A stretch of DNA of 64,000 nucleotides from a bacterium (GTDB taxonomy: Bacteria > UBA8248), in assembly GCA_965219955.1 (NCBI GenBank), contig OZ244799.1, positions 2,592,001 through 2,656,000 on the forward strand, given 5' to 3'. Shown one piece after another: positions 29,001 through 39,459 of this stretch. How positions within the stretch are numbered: the first letter of the stretch is position 1; each line of letters begins with the position of its first letter. The notes below the pieces were generated by a model. It was not told where the DNA came from. It searched no databases and saw only the letters and a list, made by a program, of their open reading frames with translations. The translations under genes and the position numbers were made by a program.

Positions 29001-32000
29001 GTCACCGAGGGCGGCACGGCGACCTTCACACTGAGTGCGTCTCCCAAGCCCCCGGCTGGTATTACCGTGAGGGTGACGGTCACCGACAGCGGCGCGTTCG
29101 CCGGGAGCGGTCAGTCGGGTACGAGGACGCTCGCCATGGGAACGGGCGGCACGGCCGTCCTCACGGTCACGACGCTCAACGACGAAATCGACGAGGAGAA
29201 CGGCTCGATCACGGCGACGGTCGCTGCGGGCGATGGGTATTCACCATCAAATACCAAAGGCACGGCGACGGTCGCGGTGAGCGACGACGACTTGCCGCTG
29301 CCTGTGGCGTCGTTCTCCTCCTCCTCGCAAAGCGCTGGGGAGAACGCGGGAACGCGCAACGTGAGGGTGAACCTGTCCCGGACCCCGGCTTCGGGCTTCA
29401 CGCTGAACTATTCGGTAAAGGGTACGGCAGTCTCGGGCGTGGACTACACGGCGCTTCCGGGCAGCGTTTCGGTGTCATCGGGTGCGGCGAGTGTGGATAT
29501 TCCGGTGAAAATCACCGACGACGGAGCGGACGAGGGTAGCGAGACGGTTTTGCTGACACTCACCGCGGGCGAGGGCTACGAGGTGGGGAGCACGAACGTC
29601 CACACACTGACCATCGAAGACAATGACGATCCACCACCTTCGACGCCTGTTGTGAGCATAGCGGGCGGCAGCGCCGTCACCGAGGGCGGCACGGCGACCT
29701 TCACACTGAGTGCGTCTCCCAAGCCCCCGGCTGGTATTACCGTGAGGGTGACGGTCACCGACAGCGGCGCGTTCGCCGGGAGCGGTCAGTCGGGTACGAG
29801 GACGCTCGCCATGGGAACGGGCGGCACGGCCGTCCTCACGGTCACGACGCTCAACGACGAAATCGACGAGGAGAACGGCTCGATCACGGCGACGGTCGCT
29901 GCGGGCGATGGGTATTCACCATCAAATACCAAAGGCACGGCGACGGTCGCGGTGAGCGACGACGACTTGCCGCTGCCTGTGGCGTCGTTCTCCTCCTCCT
30001 CGGTGGCTCTCCAGATAGGGACGCTGCCGGAGGGAGGCCTGTCACTCGATGAGGGGGATTCGGCAAGCTACACATTGGTGCTGACGGCGCAGCCCACGGA
30101 CCCGGTGAGAGTGACACCCGAAAGTGCGCACCCGGAGGCGGTGTCGGTGCGTCCGGCGTGGCTGGAATTCACTCCGGACAACTGGGACGCGCCGCAAAAT
30201 GTGACCCTGACTGCTGTGGTCGATGGAGACGCCCAAGACGAGAGCGTGGTTGTCTCTCACGCAGTATCGAGCGCAGACGCGCGCTACGGGGGGCTCGACG
30301 GCGGGACGGTGCGGGTGAGTGTCTCGGACGCTAGTGGACCGCAGTTCGTGTCGACGCATTTCGCGTTCACGATAGCGGAGAACACGGTGGGTCCGACGCC
30401 CGTACGCGGTGCCGGGGGTAGCCCCGGAGCGGTGCGCGCGACTGGGAACGGCGTCAGGTACACCATGGCCGGCGGCGGCGAACTTTTTCTGGTCGATGCG
30501 GAGACGGGTGCAGTGACCTATACGGGCTCGGGCGAACCGACGGGGCGCCATGAACTGACCATTCTTGCCAGCGACGCGCTGGGGCGCGTCGCCAGGACAC
30601 GGGTAAGCGTACGGGTTATAGAGGATCCGTCGTCTGTGGCCGCAGGACTGCTGCGTATTGCGCGCACCGGGGCGGACCACGTGCTGGAGGGCATCGCCTC
30701 GCGACTTGAAGCAGTGCGAAGACTGGGTATCGAGGTTCGCCTGGCAGGACAAGACATTCTGGCCCTTGAGGGGAATGATGGAACGTCAAGCCTTGCGTCT
30801 GCGATCAACTCTGCGCACGGGCGTCGAGGTGAAAGGATGGAGGCACGATCGGTCGGACGTGCCCTGTCGGAAGAGGAATTGCTGAGGGGGGTGGCGTTCG
30901 CGCTGAGCGGAGATATGACGCCGGGCGGCGCGTCCTGGTCGGCCTGGGGCAGGGGGACCGGTTCCCGATTCGACGAACAGGAGGGAGAGCGCTCCATGCA
31001 GGGCGAGGTGCTGACGGGCATCGTCGGCCTCGACAGGAGAGAGGGACGGTGGCTGACGGGCCTGGTGGTTTCACGCAGCGCAGGTGAGGGTGAGTGGAGC
31101 GGACCAGGCAACGAGCGATGGCAGATGGAGACCGACCTCACGATCCTCGCGCCCTATACGGCGTTCAGTCTCTCGGACCCGGTCACGCTCTGGGGGACGG
31201 TGGGCTACGGGCGGGGTTCGCTCGGGGTGAAGCGCCCCGGAGGCGGTTCGAGCGAGACCGACGTAGATACGACCTTGTTGGCGGCGGGCGTCCGGGGGGA
31301 GTTGATCGAGGCGCCGCCCGGGGGCGGGTTCGGCCTCGCCGTTAAATCGGACGTGCTGTGGCTGCGGGCGAATTCGGACGAGGAGAACGGTCTCTCCGCC
31401 ACGTCGCAGGACGCGACCAGGTCCCGGCTCGCTCTGGTAGCCTCGTGGCGTGGTAGATTCGAGGGTTATGGTGAACTGGGAATGAAGCTGGAGTTGGGTG
31501 GGCGTCATGAAGGAGACGACGCGGAGAGCGGTTTCGGGGTGGAAGCGGGCGTTGCCGTAAACTGGAGCGACCAGAGGCGCGGAATCGGTATTCAGGTCGA
31601 AGGACGGGTTCTGACGCTTCACGACGCCTTCGATACGAGTGAGGAAGGCCTCTCGGTTTCTCTTTCCTGGATGCCGGGCGGGACGTCGCCGCTGGGTCCC
31701 TCGATCGCGTTCCGTCTCGACAGGGGAGCGCCTTCTCCGGGTGGGCTCGATCGCCTGGCGGCGTCCGGTACCGGAACGGCCTCGGACGAAGCGACTGGCC
31801 GGGCTTACTCTTTCGAGGCGGCCTGGGGTTTCCCTGCCTTCGGTGGGCGGTTCGTGGGTAGCCCCTATATCCGTCACGGTTTCTCCTCTGCGGCGAACGA
31901 CTATACCTTCGGCTGGCGCCTTGCCCCGGCCGCGCCCGAGGCTTTCGACCTCACCCTCGGGGTTCAAGCCACGATGAGCGAGAACGGAGACGAGAATCCC

Positions 32001-32039
32001 GATCACGGCGTCGGGCTCGAGTTGAGGAAGACGTGGTGA
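26061..32039 (+). CDS. autotransporter adhesin: Spondin_N + Calx-beta repeats + cadherin-like + C-terminal beta-barrel
   Basis: signal peptide; SMLGPTPDWFVG and YDAGTE (Spondin_N); DDxxDExxE Calx-beta motifs; ends in LELRKTW; start codon uncertain. Confidence 0.85.
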   Translation: MMNPLDKPCPGIACSSRRAPGVAIAVLLFIATLSCLMPQTASAQDSATYTFTFEGNWNLRSAPKGVPSNAYFTAIIWRTHDSGITYWKPGGMASRGVEVVAEDGATHIFADETIAEGARDHLGTGDVFGVPRGGNTRGSTKIRFRSKKYPRLTFLSMLGPTPDWFVGVSGISLLDSKGNWVRSKTMSLYAYDAGTEEGSEYTQNNPASNPHVPIFSLKGKGKFSGSSVPVARIRLELDVPPNPVNLKVGGKTAAVIGEGGALDITAALNSVNDSGGALAIPIRVRSNGSTAGSNDYTLGAASVAIADNARTGTVKFTANDDGADEPPEKVIVELGSSLPKGVTAGSGNTVTITIADDDATVVSLARTDSGAIAEGGTGARENAEFTVSLGRALAAGERIDVPLVFSGAGITSADLEALALKSGSHLNTGVTLSGAGTLTPVIRFQGANARTATLELTPADDDEVEGNESLRVALGPDGSGTNGFDRSALGTNVGGGSDPHKTSNSFNLILESDDDPPPSTPVVSIAGGSAVTEGGTATFTLSASPKPPAGITVRVTVTDSGAFAGSGQSGTRTLAMGTGGTAVLTVTTLNDEIDEENGSITATVAAGDGYSPSNTKGTATVAVSDDDLPLPVASFSSSSQSAGENAGTRNVRVNLSRTPASGFTLNYSVKGTAVSGVDYTALPGSVSVSSGAASVDIPVKITDDGADEGSETVLLTLTAGEGYEVGSTNVHTLTIEDNDDPPPSTPVVSIAGGSAVTEGGTATFTLSASPKPPAGITVRVTVTDSGAFAGSGQSGTRTLAMGTGGTAVLTVTTLNDEIDEENGSITATVAAGDGYSPSNTKGTATVAVSDDDLPLPVASFSSSSQSAGENAGTRNVRVNLSRTPASGFTLNYSVKGTAVSGVDYTALPGSVSVSSGAASVDIPVKITDDGTDEGSETVLLTLTAGEGYEVGSTNVHTLTIEDNDDPPPSTPVVSIAGGSAVTEGGTATFTLSASPKPPAGITVRVTVTDSGAFAGSGQSGTRTLAMGTGGTAVLTVTTLNDEIDEENGSITATVAAGDGYSPSNTKGTATVAVSDDDLPLPVASFSSSSQSAGENAGTRNVRVNLSRTPASGFTLNYSVKGTAVSGVDYTALPGSVSVSSGAASVDIPVKITDDGADEGSETVLLTLTAGEGYEVGSTNVHTLTIEDNDDPPPSTPVVSIAGGSAVTEGGTATFTLSASPKPPAGITVRVTVTDSGAFAGSGQSGTRTLAMGTGGTAVLTVTTLNDEIDEENGSITATVAAGDGYSPSNTKGTATVAVSDDDLPLPVASFSSSSVALQIGTLPEGGLSLDEGDSASYTLVLTAQPTDPVRVTPESAHPEAVSVRPAWLEFTPDNWDAPQNVTLTAVVDGDAQDESVVVSHAVSSADARYGGLDGGTVRVSVSDASGPQFVSTHFAFTIAENTVGPTPVRGAGGSPGAVRATGNGVRYTMAGGGELFLVDAETGAVTYTGSGEPTGRHELTILASDALGRVARTRVSVRVIEDPSSVAAGLLRIARTGADHVLEGIASRLEAVRRLGIEVRLAGQDILALEGNDGTSSLASAINSAHGRRGERMEARSVGRALSEEELLRGVAFALSGDMTPGGASWSAWGRGTGSRFDEQEGERSMQGEVLTGIVGLDRREGRWLTGLVVSRSAGEGEWSGPGNERWQMETDLTILAPYTAFSLSDPVTLWGTVGYGRGSLGVKRPGGGSSETDVDTTLLAAGVRGELIEAPPGGGFGLAVKSDVLWLRANSDEENGLSATSQDATRSRLALVASWRGRFEGYGELGMKLELGGRHEGDDAESGFGVEAGVAVNWSDQRRGIGIQVEGRVLTLHDAFDTSEEGLSVSLSWMPGGTSPLGPSIAFRLDRGAPSPGGLDRLAASGTGTASDEATGRAYSFEAAWGFPAFGGRFVGSPYIRHGFSSAANDYTFGWRLAPAAPEAFDLTLGVQATMSENGDENPDHGVGLELRKTW
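27598..30002 (+). repeat. 675-bp near-identical tandem repeat, about 3.6 units (two Calx-beta domains each)
   Basis: units start at 27598, 28273, 28948, 29623; only one A/T amino-acid difference seen. Confidence 0.95.
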
Positions 32040-32133
32040 GGCGTGGAGGCCGTTTGAAAGTGCTTTCGGGTTTCCGGGAGAGTTGTTCGAATCTCTCCTG
32101 CGGCGGCCTGTGCGCAGACGCAGGAGACCGGAT

Positions 32134-33096
32134 ATGACCCTGAAACGTTTTCTTTTACCGGCGGTAACACTGGCGTTGCTCTCCGCATGTGGGGGAGGAG
32201 GGGGCGGCGGGGCCGCCCCGTCGGCCGTTCCGACGCCGCCTCCCGGCCCCGCCGCCGTGATCGCCACCCATCTGGAAATGACGGACCAGGTTTTCACGGT
32301 TCGCGAGCCGGGGCTTCTGGTCGCGAGGGATGGCGAGTCCGAGGGTTCGCCTTCCTATGAACGCACACGGCGCGACGAGGTGGTTTGCGGGGAAGGCGTG
32401 TCGTGCGTTTTCCCGGCCGGAGAAGATGGTGGACGGAACATTCTCGACGGTGAATCGCACGTGCGGGCCAGGGCGCGTGACGCCTCGATCGGGTTTCACA
32501 AGAGCATCCTCGCTCGGGCAAACGTCCTCCCTGGTCGTATCGGCGGCATCCGGGCCTTCCGTGTGGATGTCCGGGAGCCCTCGGCGGAGGTCTACGGCGC
32601 CTGGGGCGAATGGAGCGCCTTTTATGCCGTGTGGGAACGCGACGAGCGCGGCGCACTCGACCTGACGTGGAGCGCTGCCTTCGGGGAGAGTACCGGCGTG
32701 CGGCCGACGGCGCCCGGGGGCTCGGCCAGGTGGCGGGGCGGAATGGTCGCGCGCACCCGCGCAGGCGGGGTCGAACTCGAGGGAAGCTCCTTGCTCGTCT
32801 ACGACTTTGCGGATAACTCTCTCGACCTGGCGCTGCTGGGCGTCGCGCCAACAGCCCGGGCGACCGCCGGGGGCCGTGTCTACGGCGGCCCCGGAAGCTT
32901 CACGTGGCGGGACCTGCCGGTCTCTCCCGATGGAACGTTCGGCTTGCTTTCGGGAGGCAACGCCCGCGCCAGCACCGACCTTCACCCGATACTGGGCCAG
33001 GTGGAGGGCGCGTTCTACGGACCGGATGCCGTGGAGGCCGCCGGCGTGTTCGAGCGCGACGGCGTCGTCGGCGCGTTCGGCGCCGATCGCGAATAG
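32134..33096 (+). CDS. lipoprotein with TbpB-like C-terminal barrel
   Basis: LSAC lipobox + poly-Gly; GAFYGPDAVEAAGVF...GAFGADRE. Confidence 0.85.
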   Translation: MTLKRFLLPAVTLALLSACGGGGGGGAAPSAVPTPPPGPAAVIATHLEMTDQVFTVREPGLLVARDGESEGSPSYERTRRDEVVCGEGVSCVFPAGEDGGRNILDGESHVRARARDASIGFHKSILARANVLPGRIGGIRAFRVDVREPSAEVYGAWGEWSAFYAVWERDERGALDLTWSAAFGESTGVRPTAPGGSARWRGGMVARTRAGGVELEGSSLLVYDFADNSLDLALLGVAPTARATAGGRVYGGPGSFTWRDLPVSPDGTFGLLSGGNARASTDLHPILGQVEGAFYGPDAVEAAGVFERDGVVGAFGADRE

Positions 33097-34736
33097 AGCG
33101 GCCCGTTCAGGACGCCCGATGCCGCATCCTCCTCATCGGTGACCGGACGGCTGCTTCATGCACGCTCAGTAAATGCGTCCTGCATGCCTTCGAACGCCCT
33201 GGGGGTTGCCCAAATGACTAGGGGATTGTGGCAAGTTACGTTTCAAGCCAGGATGCCAATCCAAGAGGCTGGAATCCATACCCTTTGTTCCCGATACCGC
33301 CGAAATAGCCTGCCCGCGCAAAATCCGGATAGACAGGAAGGGACTCGATTTGCTTATGATGCGAGACTAGAGCGGTGAGCATCCTCACTCTGGTCGGATA
33401 AGACTGCCACGGATTCAGGGAAGGACTTTCTCCACCAGCGCCGGAACGCTCTTCCGGTTCGGGCTCGTTTAGTTGTTGCAGTATTGCACCTAGCCCGGGA
33501 CAAGCGGTTCGGGCTTCACGAAGCTGCAGAGGGTCTGTCCGAAAATACGTGTAATCAACGGTCGTGAGCCTTCGGCTTATCCGGCTCAGCCGGATAAGCG
33601 GTCCTCAAACACAACGGACCACCTGCCCGATCAAGGCCACTTATTCAACAATGCAACGCTAAATACTCCCAGTCGCCTCGATCTCCGGGCCGAGAACCTG
33701 TCACCCTCATCGTTTTCCGCCGAAGGCGGCGGAAAGGTCGTGTCTTTCCAAAACGCCGCCCATCCCCTCGTGACGGGGGCCGAAGAACGCGCCCGTCACC
33801 GTACCGAGGTCCTTCCCGCTCCAAGGGTAGCCGGTTCTGTTTCCACTCAATTCGACAATCCTGTATTCCGTATCCGCCCGGTGAAACGTATTGCCCAGGT
33901 CGTCCGCGCGGATCGCGTAGCGCAGGTCGCCGTCTCCCCAAGTCGCGCCGCTCTCGAAGCGCATACCGGTGAAGTCGAGTTCACCCAGAAAATCTCCCAT
34001 GTCGAGAGTGAGCGAGGCGTCGCCGACGACCCCGCCTCCAGAGGGTGTGACCCCCACCAGCGCCCCCCGCCAGGTCACGCTCCCCGAGAGCACCGGGTTA
34101 TCGTAGAGAATGGTCGCGGGTTTGGGACCCATGGCCCAAGGCTGCGGCAGGCCGTTCCTGAAGGCGACGCCGAAGGAAACCTCCCCGGACCCGATTCCCA
34201 GGTCCCCGCGCAGGTGAAACGATGTATCGCTCCACGGCCTGAGGGTTTCCGCGGAAATCTCCTGGGGCTTCACACCGGGCGGAAAGCGGCTGTAAGCCGC
34301 GAGAAGCCCATCGCGGTCGATTGGATGGATCAGGGACCTCGGCTGCGTCCCGGGATAAAACCCCGCATCGCTGAGCGTCGATTCGTACCGCTCCGGGTCG
34401 GTGTGGCTCACGAAACCCACCGCGTGGAGCAGTTCATGGACCAGCACGTGGGTGATTTCCGCATCGCTCAAGGAACCGACTGCTTCGGTGTCGATCAGTA
34501 CTTCGGAATAGGCCGCGCCTTGTCTCGATACTTCGAGGGTTTGCGCGTCCTCGTCCTCGACGTGGTAACTTACCCTTGAGCGCCCCAGTTCCGAGGGGTC
34601 GGCGCCTTCGGGGTAGAATGGATCCGTCTTGGTGATGAAACGCACCCGTATTTCGTTAAAGATTTTCGGATAATCCGGATACGCGAACACGTCGTGGAGG
34701 CGTGGATGCAACCTGATCTGGCGCCCGAAAGGAAGG

Positions 34737-36110
34737 GAGTTACTGTCAAAAGTTGTGTATGAGTTGAATTGAAAGAGGCGGCGCATCCTGCTGAAATGGG
34801 TTTGTTAGAAGCCCGGTCATTCAGCACAAGGAGATGCGCCACCATGAGCAAAGATACGACGATTCCATTTGTAAATCCAGCATTCCGCGACGAGTTGAGC
34901 GACTTGGTACGCGAGGGCGCGCGACGAATCATCCGCCAGGCGGTGGAAGCGGAGTTGGGAGCCTTTCTGGAAGAACACGCGGACGAGCACGATGCGCAAG
35001 GCCGCCGCGCGGTGGTCCGCAACGGTTATCTGCCCTCGCGGGAGGTATTGACGGGTGTGGGCCCGGTCCGGGTCCAGGTGCCTCGGACGCGTGACCGGTC
35101 GGGTTCGGGCCGGCGCTTCCGCTCGGAGTTGTTGCCGCCGTACCTGAAGAAGACGAATCGTGTGGAGGCGGTGATCCCGTGGCTGTACCTGAAGGGGGTA
35201 TCGACGAACGACTTCGGGGAGGCGCTGCGTGCGCTGTTTGGCGAGTCGGTGGGGGGCTTGTCGCCTGCGAGCGTCGCGCGTCTCAAGGAGGGCTGGGACC
35301 GCGAGTACGCGCAGTGGCGCAAGCGGGCGTGGCGCGGCGAGGAGTTCGTATACCTGTGGGCGGACGGCATCTACGTGAACGTCCGCGGGGAGGAGCGTCG
35401 CTGTCTTTTAGTGGTTGTGGGCTGCGATGCGCGCGGCCGCAAGCGCTTCCTGGCCCTGGAGCCAGGCTATCGTGAGTCGAAGGAGAGCTGGAAGGCGGTT
35501 CTGCTGAGCCTGCGGGAGCGCGGCGTGAAGCCGGCAAAGTTGGCGGTGGGCGACGGGAGTCTGGGATTCTGGTCGGCGCTGGCGGAGGTATATCCCGAGA
35601 CCCGGGCGCAGCGCTGCTGGGTGCACAAGACGGCGAACGTACTCGACAAGATGCCCAGGAGCGTTCAGAGGGAAGCGAAGTCGATGCTGCACGAGATGTG
35701 ACCCGCGCGCATGCGAAGAACACGTTCGGACGCTTCTGCGCCACCTGGGAGGAGAAGTACCCAAAGCGGTCGAGTGCCTGGCGAAGGACGAGGAGGAGCT
35801 GTTCGCCTTCTACGACTTCCCGGGGGCGCACTGGCGGAGTATCCGGACGACGAACCCCATCGAGTCGACGTTCGCCACGATCCGCCTGCGAACGGCGAAG
35901 ACGAGGAACTGCCTGAGCGAGAAGTCGGCGCTGAGCCTGGTGCATCAACTCGCCATGAGCGCCGAGAAGCGATGGGGCCGGCTACGCGGCCTGCGTCATC
36001 TGGCAGACGTGATTACCGACGTGAGGTTCATCAACGGGGTGAACGAAAAGGAAACCGGCAGGGAGGCCGCCGAACTCAGGACGGCCATACACAACATTTG
36101 ACAGTAACTC
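34737..36110 (+). mobile_element. IS256 family element (degenerate transposase)
   Basis: IRs gagttactgtcaaa / tttgacagtaactc; 9-bp TSD aaaggaagg. Confidence 0.9.
34844..36080 (+). pseudogene. IS256 transposase, premature stop and frameshifts
   Basis: YLWADGIY, VGDGSLGF, QRCWVHK; stop at 35701; RTTNPIESTF in a later frame; 3' end approximate. Confidence 0.85.
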
Positions 36111-36752
36111 AAAGGAAGGGCCGTGTTGATGACCTCGACCGCGTCCTGCGCAAGAAGCGCAAAGCGCGAGAACCTCGTGCGTGTCTGCGGTCCGCGCGTC
36201 ACAACCAAGGTGACTACTTTCGCTTCGGGGTAGGTCGCGAGCCCCGTCACGCTTCTCTCTGAGATGTTGTGGCTCGCCGCTATCTGAAGGTACTCGACGA
36301 CGTCGGCGGCGCTCACCCCGTCCCTCACGTTTCCCCTCGATAGGGCGGCCCCGCCACGCGCGCCCGCAGCGTCGAGAGCACCGGCAGGAGGCGCAACATC
36401 GGCGCCCACGTGCAGGGATTCGCCGAATTCCAGCACCGGTGCGCCCGGCCTGAAAGTGTCCTTTCATATATAGTCCGATCTTATATGGTCTTCTAACGAG
36501 ACGCTCGGGAACTCTTCTGCCTGGGCAACCGGTGGAGGAGGGGGAGGAGTGCCTCCTCCTCCGCAGTCGGCCAAGGTGATGAAGGCAAGAAATGAAGTAA
36601 CCAAGTACAGTATGAAGGTCCGCATCGAAAAACTCCGCGCTCACTTCTGTTCTGTATATCATAAACCGCTGCATCAGGTAAAATTCGCCCCGAAACCAGA
36701 AGGCGCGCCTGGGGAATTGCTTGCTTTCGTTGCGAGCCGCCACCGCGGGTAC

Positions 36753-36802
36753 ATGCGCCGCCTTCTTCAATTCAGCTCATACACAACTTCTGACAGAAAC
36801 TC
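36753..36802 (-). mobile_element. solo IS256 left-end remnant
   Basis: inverted near-copy of 34737-34786. Confidence 0.65.
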
Positions 36803-37112
36803 CCCCGTTGAGCGCGTGAAGCTGTGGCCATTGTTCGTCTTACGCGCCACGCTGGAGCGTCTAGATAGTGACTTTGGGGGTCTCCCATCTTGTGGTACGG
36901 CTATCGAGTTGAACGGCTACTCGATGAGGACGCGGTTGAATACTGCCCGCGCTTCACCATTTGTGGCCATGCGAATCACACGGAAACCGATCACCTGCGC
37001 TCGGCGAGCAAGGATATCTCGTCCACAACCGACATGCCGGTTCACTGGGACGGCCTCACCGGCCGCCGCATCCCGGACTGCGTGGCGGGCAGATTCGATC
37101 AGGAGGGTCTTC

Positions 37113-38279
37113 TCAGAGTATGTCCTTCGCGATGCTGGCGGCGACCCGCTCTGCGGACTCGCGCAACGATTCGCGCGCCAGATGCGCGTAGCGCGCCGTC
37201 GTCTCGATCCGGGCGTGGCCCAGCAGGCGCCCTATCATGGGGAGGCTCTCGCCCAGCGCGAGCGCGCGCGAGGCGAACGAGTGGCGCAGGTCGTGGATCC
37301 GGACGTCCTTGAGACCCGCGCGGGCGCGGAGGACCTTCCAGGCATAATCGATCCGGCCCGTGTGGGTGCCCGGCCTCATTCCCGGAAAGACCCACGGACT
37401 GCCGGGCTTTCGTGGCAGGGCGGCGAGGAGCTTGATCGCAGGCGGGGATAGCGGCACGACGCGCGCGCCTGTTTTCGCGTCGGGCAGCCGGAATGCCCCC
37501 TCGGCAAGCGACACGTTCTCCCAGCGCAGCGAGAGTATCTCGGACTTCCTGCACCCGGTCAGCATCAGGAGGCGGATAACCGCCACGCCGGAAGCTGCCC
37601 CCCCGCCCCGGCGCTCCGCCTCTGCCAGTACGCGTCCCAGGCGGGTGAACTCTTTATCCGTCAGAAACCGCTCCCGGCTGCGCTCGGGGTACCTCATGAT
37701 CGAGCGGCACGGGTTGCATCCTTTGGGCACCATGCCCCAGTTCTCGCCCAGCTTGTACATCAGCTTCAGGGTCCGGACTACGTAGTTGGCCATGAAAGGC
37801 GTCTTGTGCAGCCGCTGGTGTAGTTCAACGACCTGCGCGCGATCGAGCGCCGCCAGCGGCAGGCGGCCCAAGGCCGGCACGATGTGCCCGTACACCACCG
37901 AGCGGATCAGGCTCTCAGAACTCGGTTTGCAGCGTACCGCCACGTGTTCCTCCATGTAGCGCCACGCCAGATCGGCCACGCTCGGTCCGCCCACGGGCTT
38001 CCCCGGCCTTGAAACCCCCTCCTCGCCCGCCTTCACCCGCATGATGAGCGAGGCCGCGCGCTTTCTCGCCTCATCGGCGCTGATCACCCCGTGGCGGCCC
38101 ACCGTCACGCGCCTGGGGCCTCGAGGCCCCCGCGCCTGGGCGATGTAGACTTTGGAACCTGTGGGATAGACCCTGACCCCGAAGCCGGCGAGTTCTCCGT
38201 CCCAGTAGACGGTGTCCTTTGCGGGCTTGAGCCGGGCCACCATCCGGTTCGAGAGCCTCACCCGCTCGAGCTTCGCCAC
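37113..38279 (-). CDS. tyrosine integrase with N-terminal arm-binding (DUF4102-like) domain
   Basis: WDGELAGFGVRV; TGCRKSE, HDLRHS, LLGH, RYAH catalytic residues. Confidence 0.92.
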   Translation of the reverse strand: MAKLERVRLSNRMVARLKPAKDTVYWDGELAGFGVRVYPTGSKVYIAQARGPRGPRRVTVGRHGVISADEARKRAASLIMRVKAGEEGVSRPGKPVGGPSVADLAWRYMEEHVAVRCKPSSESLIRSVVYGHIVPALGRLPLAALDRAQVVELHQRLHKTPFMANYVVRTLKLMYKLGENWGMVPKGCNPCRSIMRYPERSRERFLTDKEFTRLGRVLAEAERRGGGAASGVAVIRLLMLTGCRKSEILSLRWENVSLAEGAFRLPDAKTGARVVPLSPPAIKLLAALPRKPGSPWVFPGMRPGTHTGRIDYAWKVLRARAGLKDVRIHDLRHSFASRALALGESLPMIGRLLGHARIETTARYAHLARESLRESAERVAASIAKDIL

Positions 38280-38283
38280 CTCC

Positions 38284-39459
38284 TCATTCCCCCCGGGCGG
38301 CTTGCGTCTCGAGGTGGGACCCGATGCTCTCGCCCACCCGTTTCGCCGCCACCTTCTCCGCCCCGCGCATCAGGTGCGCGTAGCGCGCCGTCGTCGATAC
38401 CTTCGCGTGTCCGAGCAGCTTCCCTATGGCGGGCAGGCCCTCGCCCAGCGCGAGCGCCCGGCTGGCGTAGGAGTGGCGCAAGTCGTGGAGCCTGACGTCG
38501 GGGAGTCCCGCCCGGGACCGGATGCGCCGCCAGAAGCTCTCGAAACCAGGCCCGAAGCTTCCCCCTCCAGGACCCGGGAACAGGAGGGCCTCCCCCGGCG
38601 TGCGGGCAAGGCTATCTAGCACTTCGGCCACCGGCGCCGTCAGGTGGACCATGCGAGGTCCCGACTTGGCGTCCCTCAGGCGCAACTCCCCCGCCGTCGC
38701 GTCCACGTCGTCCCAGCGAAGCGAGAGTATCTCGCTCTTTCTGCACCCGGTCAGCATCAACAGACGGAGCGCCCCGATCATGGAACTCTGCTCCGTGCCC
38801 TCCGCCTCGCATTCTTTGAGCACACAGCCCAGGCGCCGGAACTCATCGAGCGCCAGGAACCGCTCGCGGGGCGGCCTCCGGTAGCGCCGCAACCCCCGGC
38901 ACGGGTTCTCGCCGGGTGGTGCGAGTCCCCATGCCTCGGCCAGCGTGAACATCCTCGACAGAACGTCCACCGCCATGTCCGCCGTCCGCGGCGTCTTCCG
39001 GAGACGGTGGTGCAGCCCCGAGACCTCGGCGCCGCCCACGTCCCCGATTCCCGACTCCCCCAGGACCGGCAGCACGTGCTTCTCGAGTATGCGGCGGTAC
39101 CACTCGATCGTGAGCGGCTTGCAGTGCTCCACGACGTGCACCCGCATGAAGCGCTCCGCCAGGGCGGCGACGGTGAGCTCTTCCGCGGGCGCTGTCTCCT
39201 CGCCCCGCCTGATGCGGTCGATGAGGGCGGAGGCGAGCTTGCGCGCCTCCTCGCACGAGAGCTCTCCGTAGCGGCCGAGCGCCCGGCGCTTCGGCCCCCT
39301 AGGGCCTCTCGACTGCACCACGTAGATCTTGCGGCCCGTGGGGTAGACGCGCACCCCGAAACCCGCCAGGTCACGGTCCCAGAATACGGCGTCTCTTCCG
39401 TCAACACGCAACGCGTTGACGGTTCGCTGCGTAAGCCTCCGTTCACTTCTTCTGGGCAT
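38284..39459 (-). CDS. tyrosine integrase with N-terminal arm-binding domain (tandem paralogue)
   Basis: WDRDLAGFGVRV; TGCRKSE, HDLRHS, LLGH, RYAH. Confidence 0.92.
   Translation of the reverse strand: MPRRSERRLTQRTVNALRVDGRDAVFWDRDLAGFGVRVYPTGRKIYVVQSRGPRGPKRRALGRYGELSCEEARKLASALIDRIRRGEETAPAEELTVAALAERFMRVHVVEHCKPLTIEWYRRILEKHVLPVLGESGIGDVGGAEVSGLHHRLRKTPRTADMAVDVLSRMFTLAEAWGLAPPGENPCRGLRRYRRPPRERFLALDEFRRLGCVLKECEAEGTEQSSMIGALRLLMLTGCRKSEILSLRWDDVDATAGELRLRDAKSGPRMVHLTAPVAEVLDSLARTPGEALLFPGPGGGSFGPGFESFWRRIRSRAGLPDVRLHDLRHSYASRALALGEGLPAIGKLLGHAKVSTTARYAHLMRGAEKVAAKRVGESIGSHLETQAARGE

Larger units (their letters stand above)
33707..36625 (-). pseudogene. zincin-barrel lipoprotein interrupted by IS256 and frameshifted
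   Basis: 5' part MRTFILYL...LADCGGGG at 36625; EVINTALP|FGRQIRL joins across the IS; HELLHAVG; AAFGGKR end. Confidence 0.8.

Noticed and set aside
27598-30002. CRISPR-like or non-coding repeat array
   Set aside because: These are in-frame 675-bp coding repeats without spacers, and there are no cas genes.
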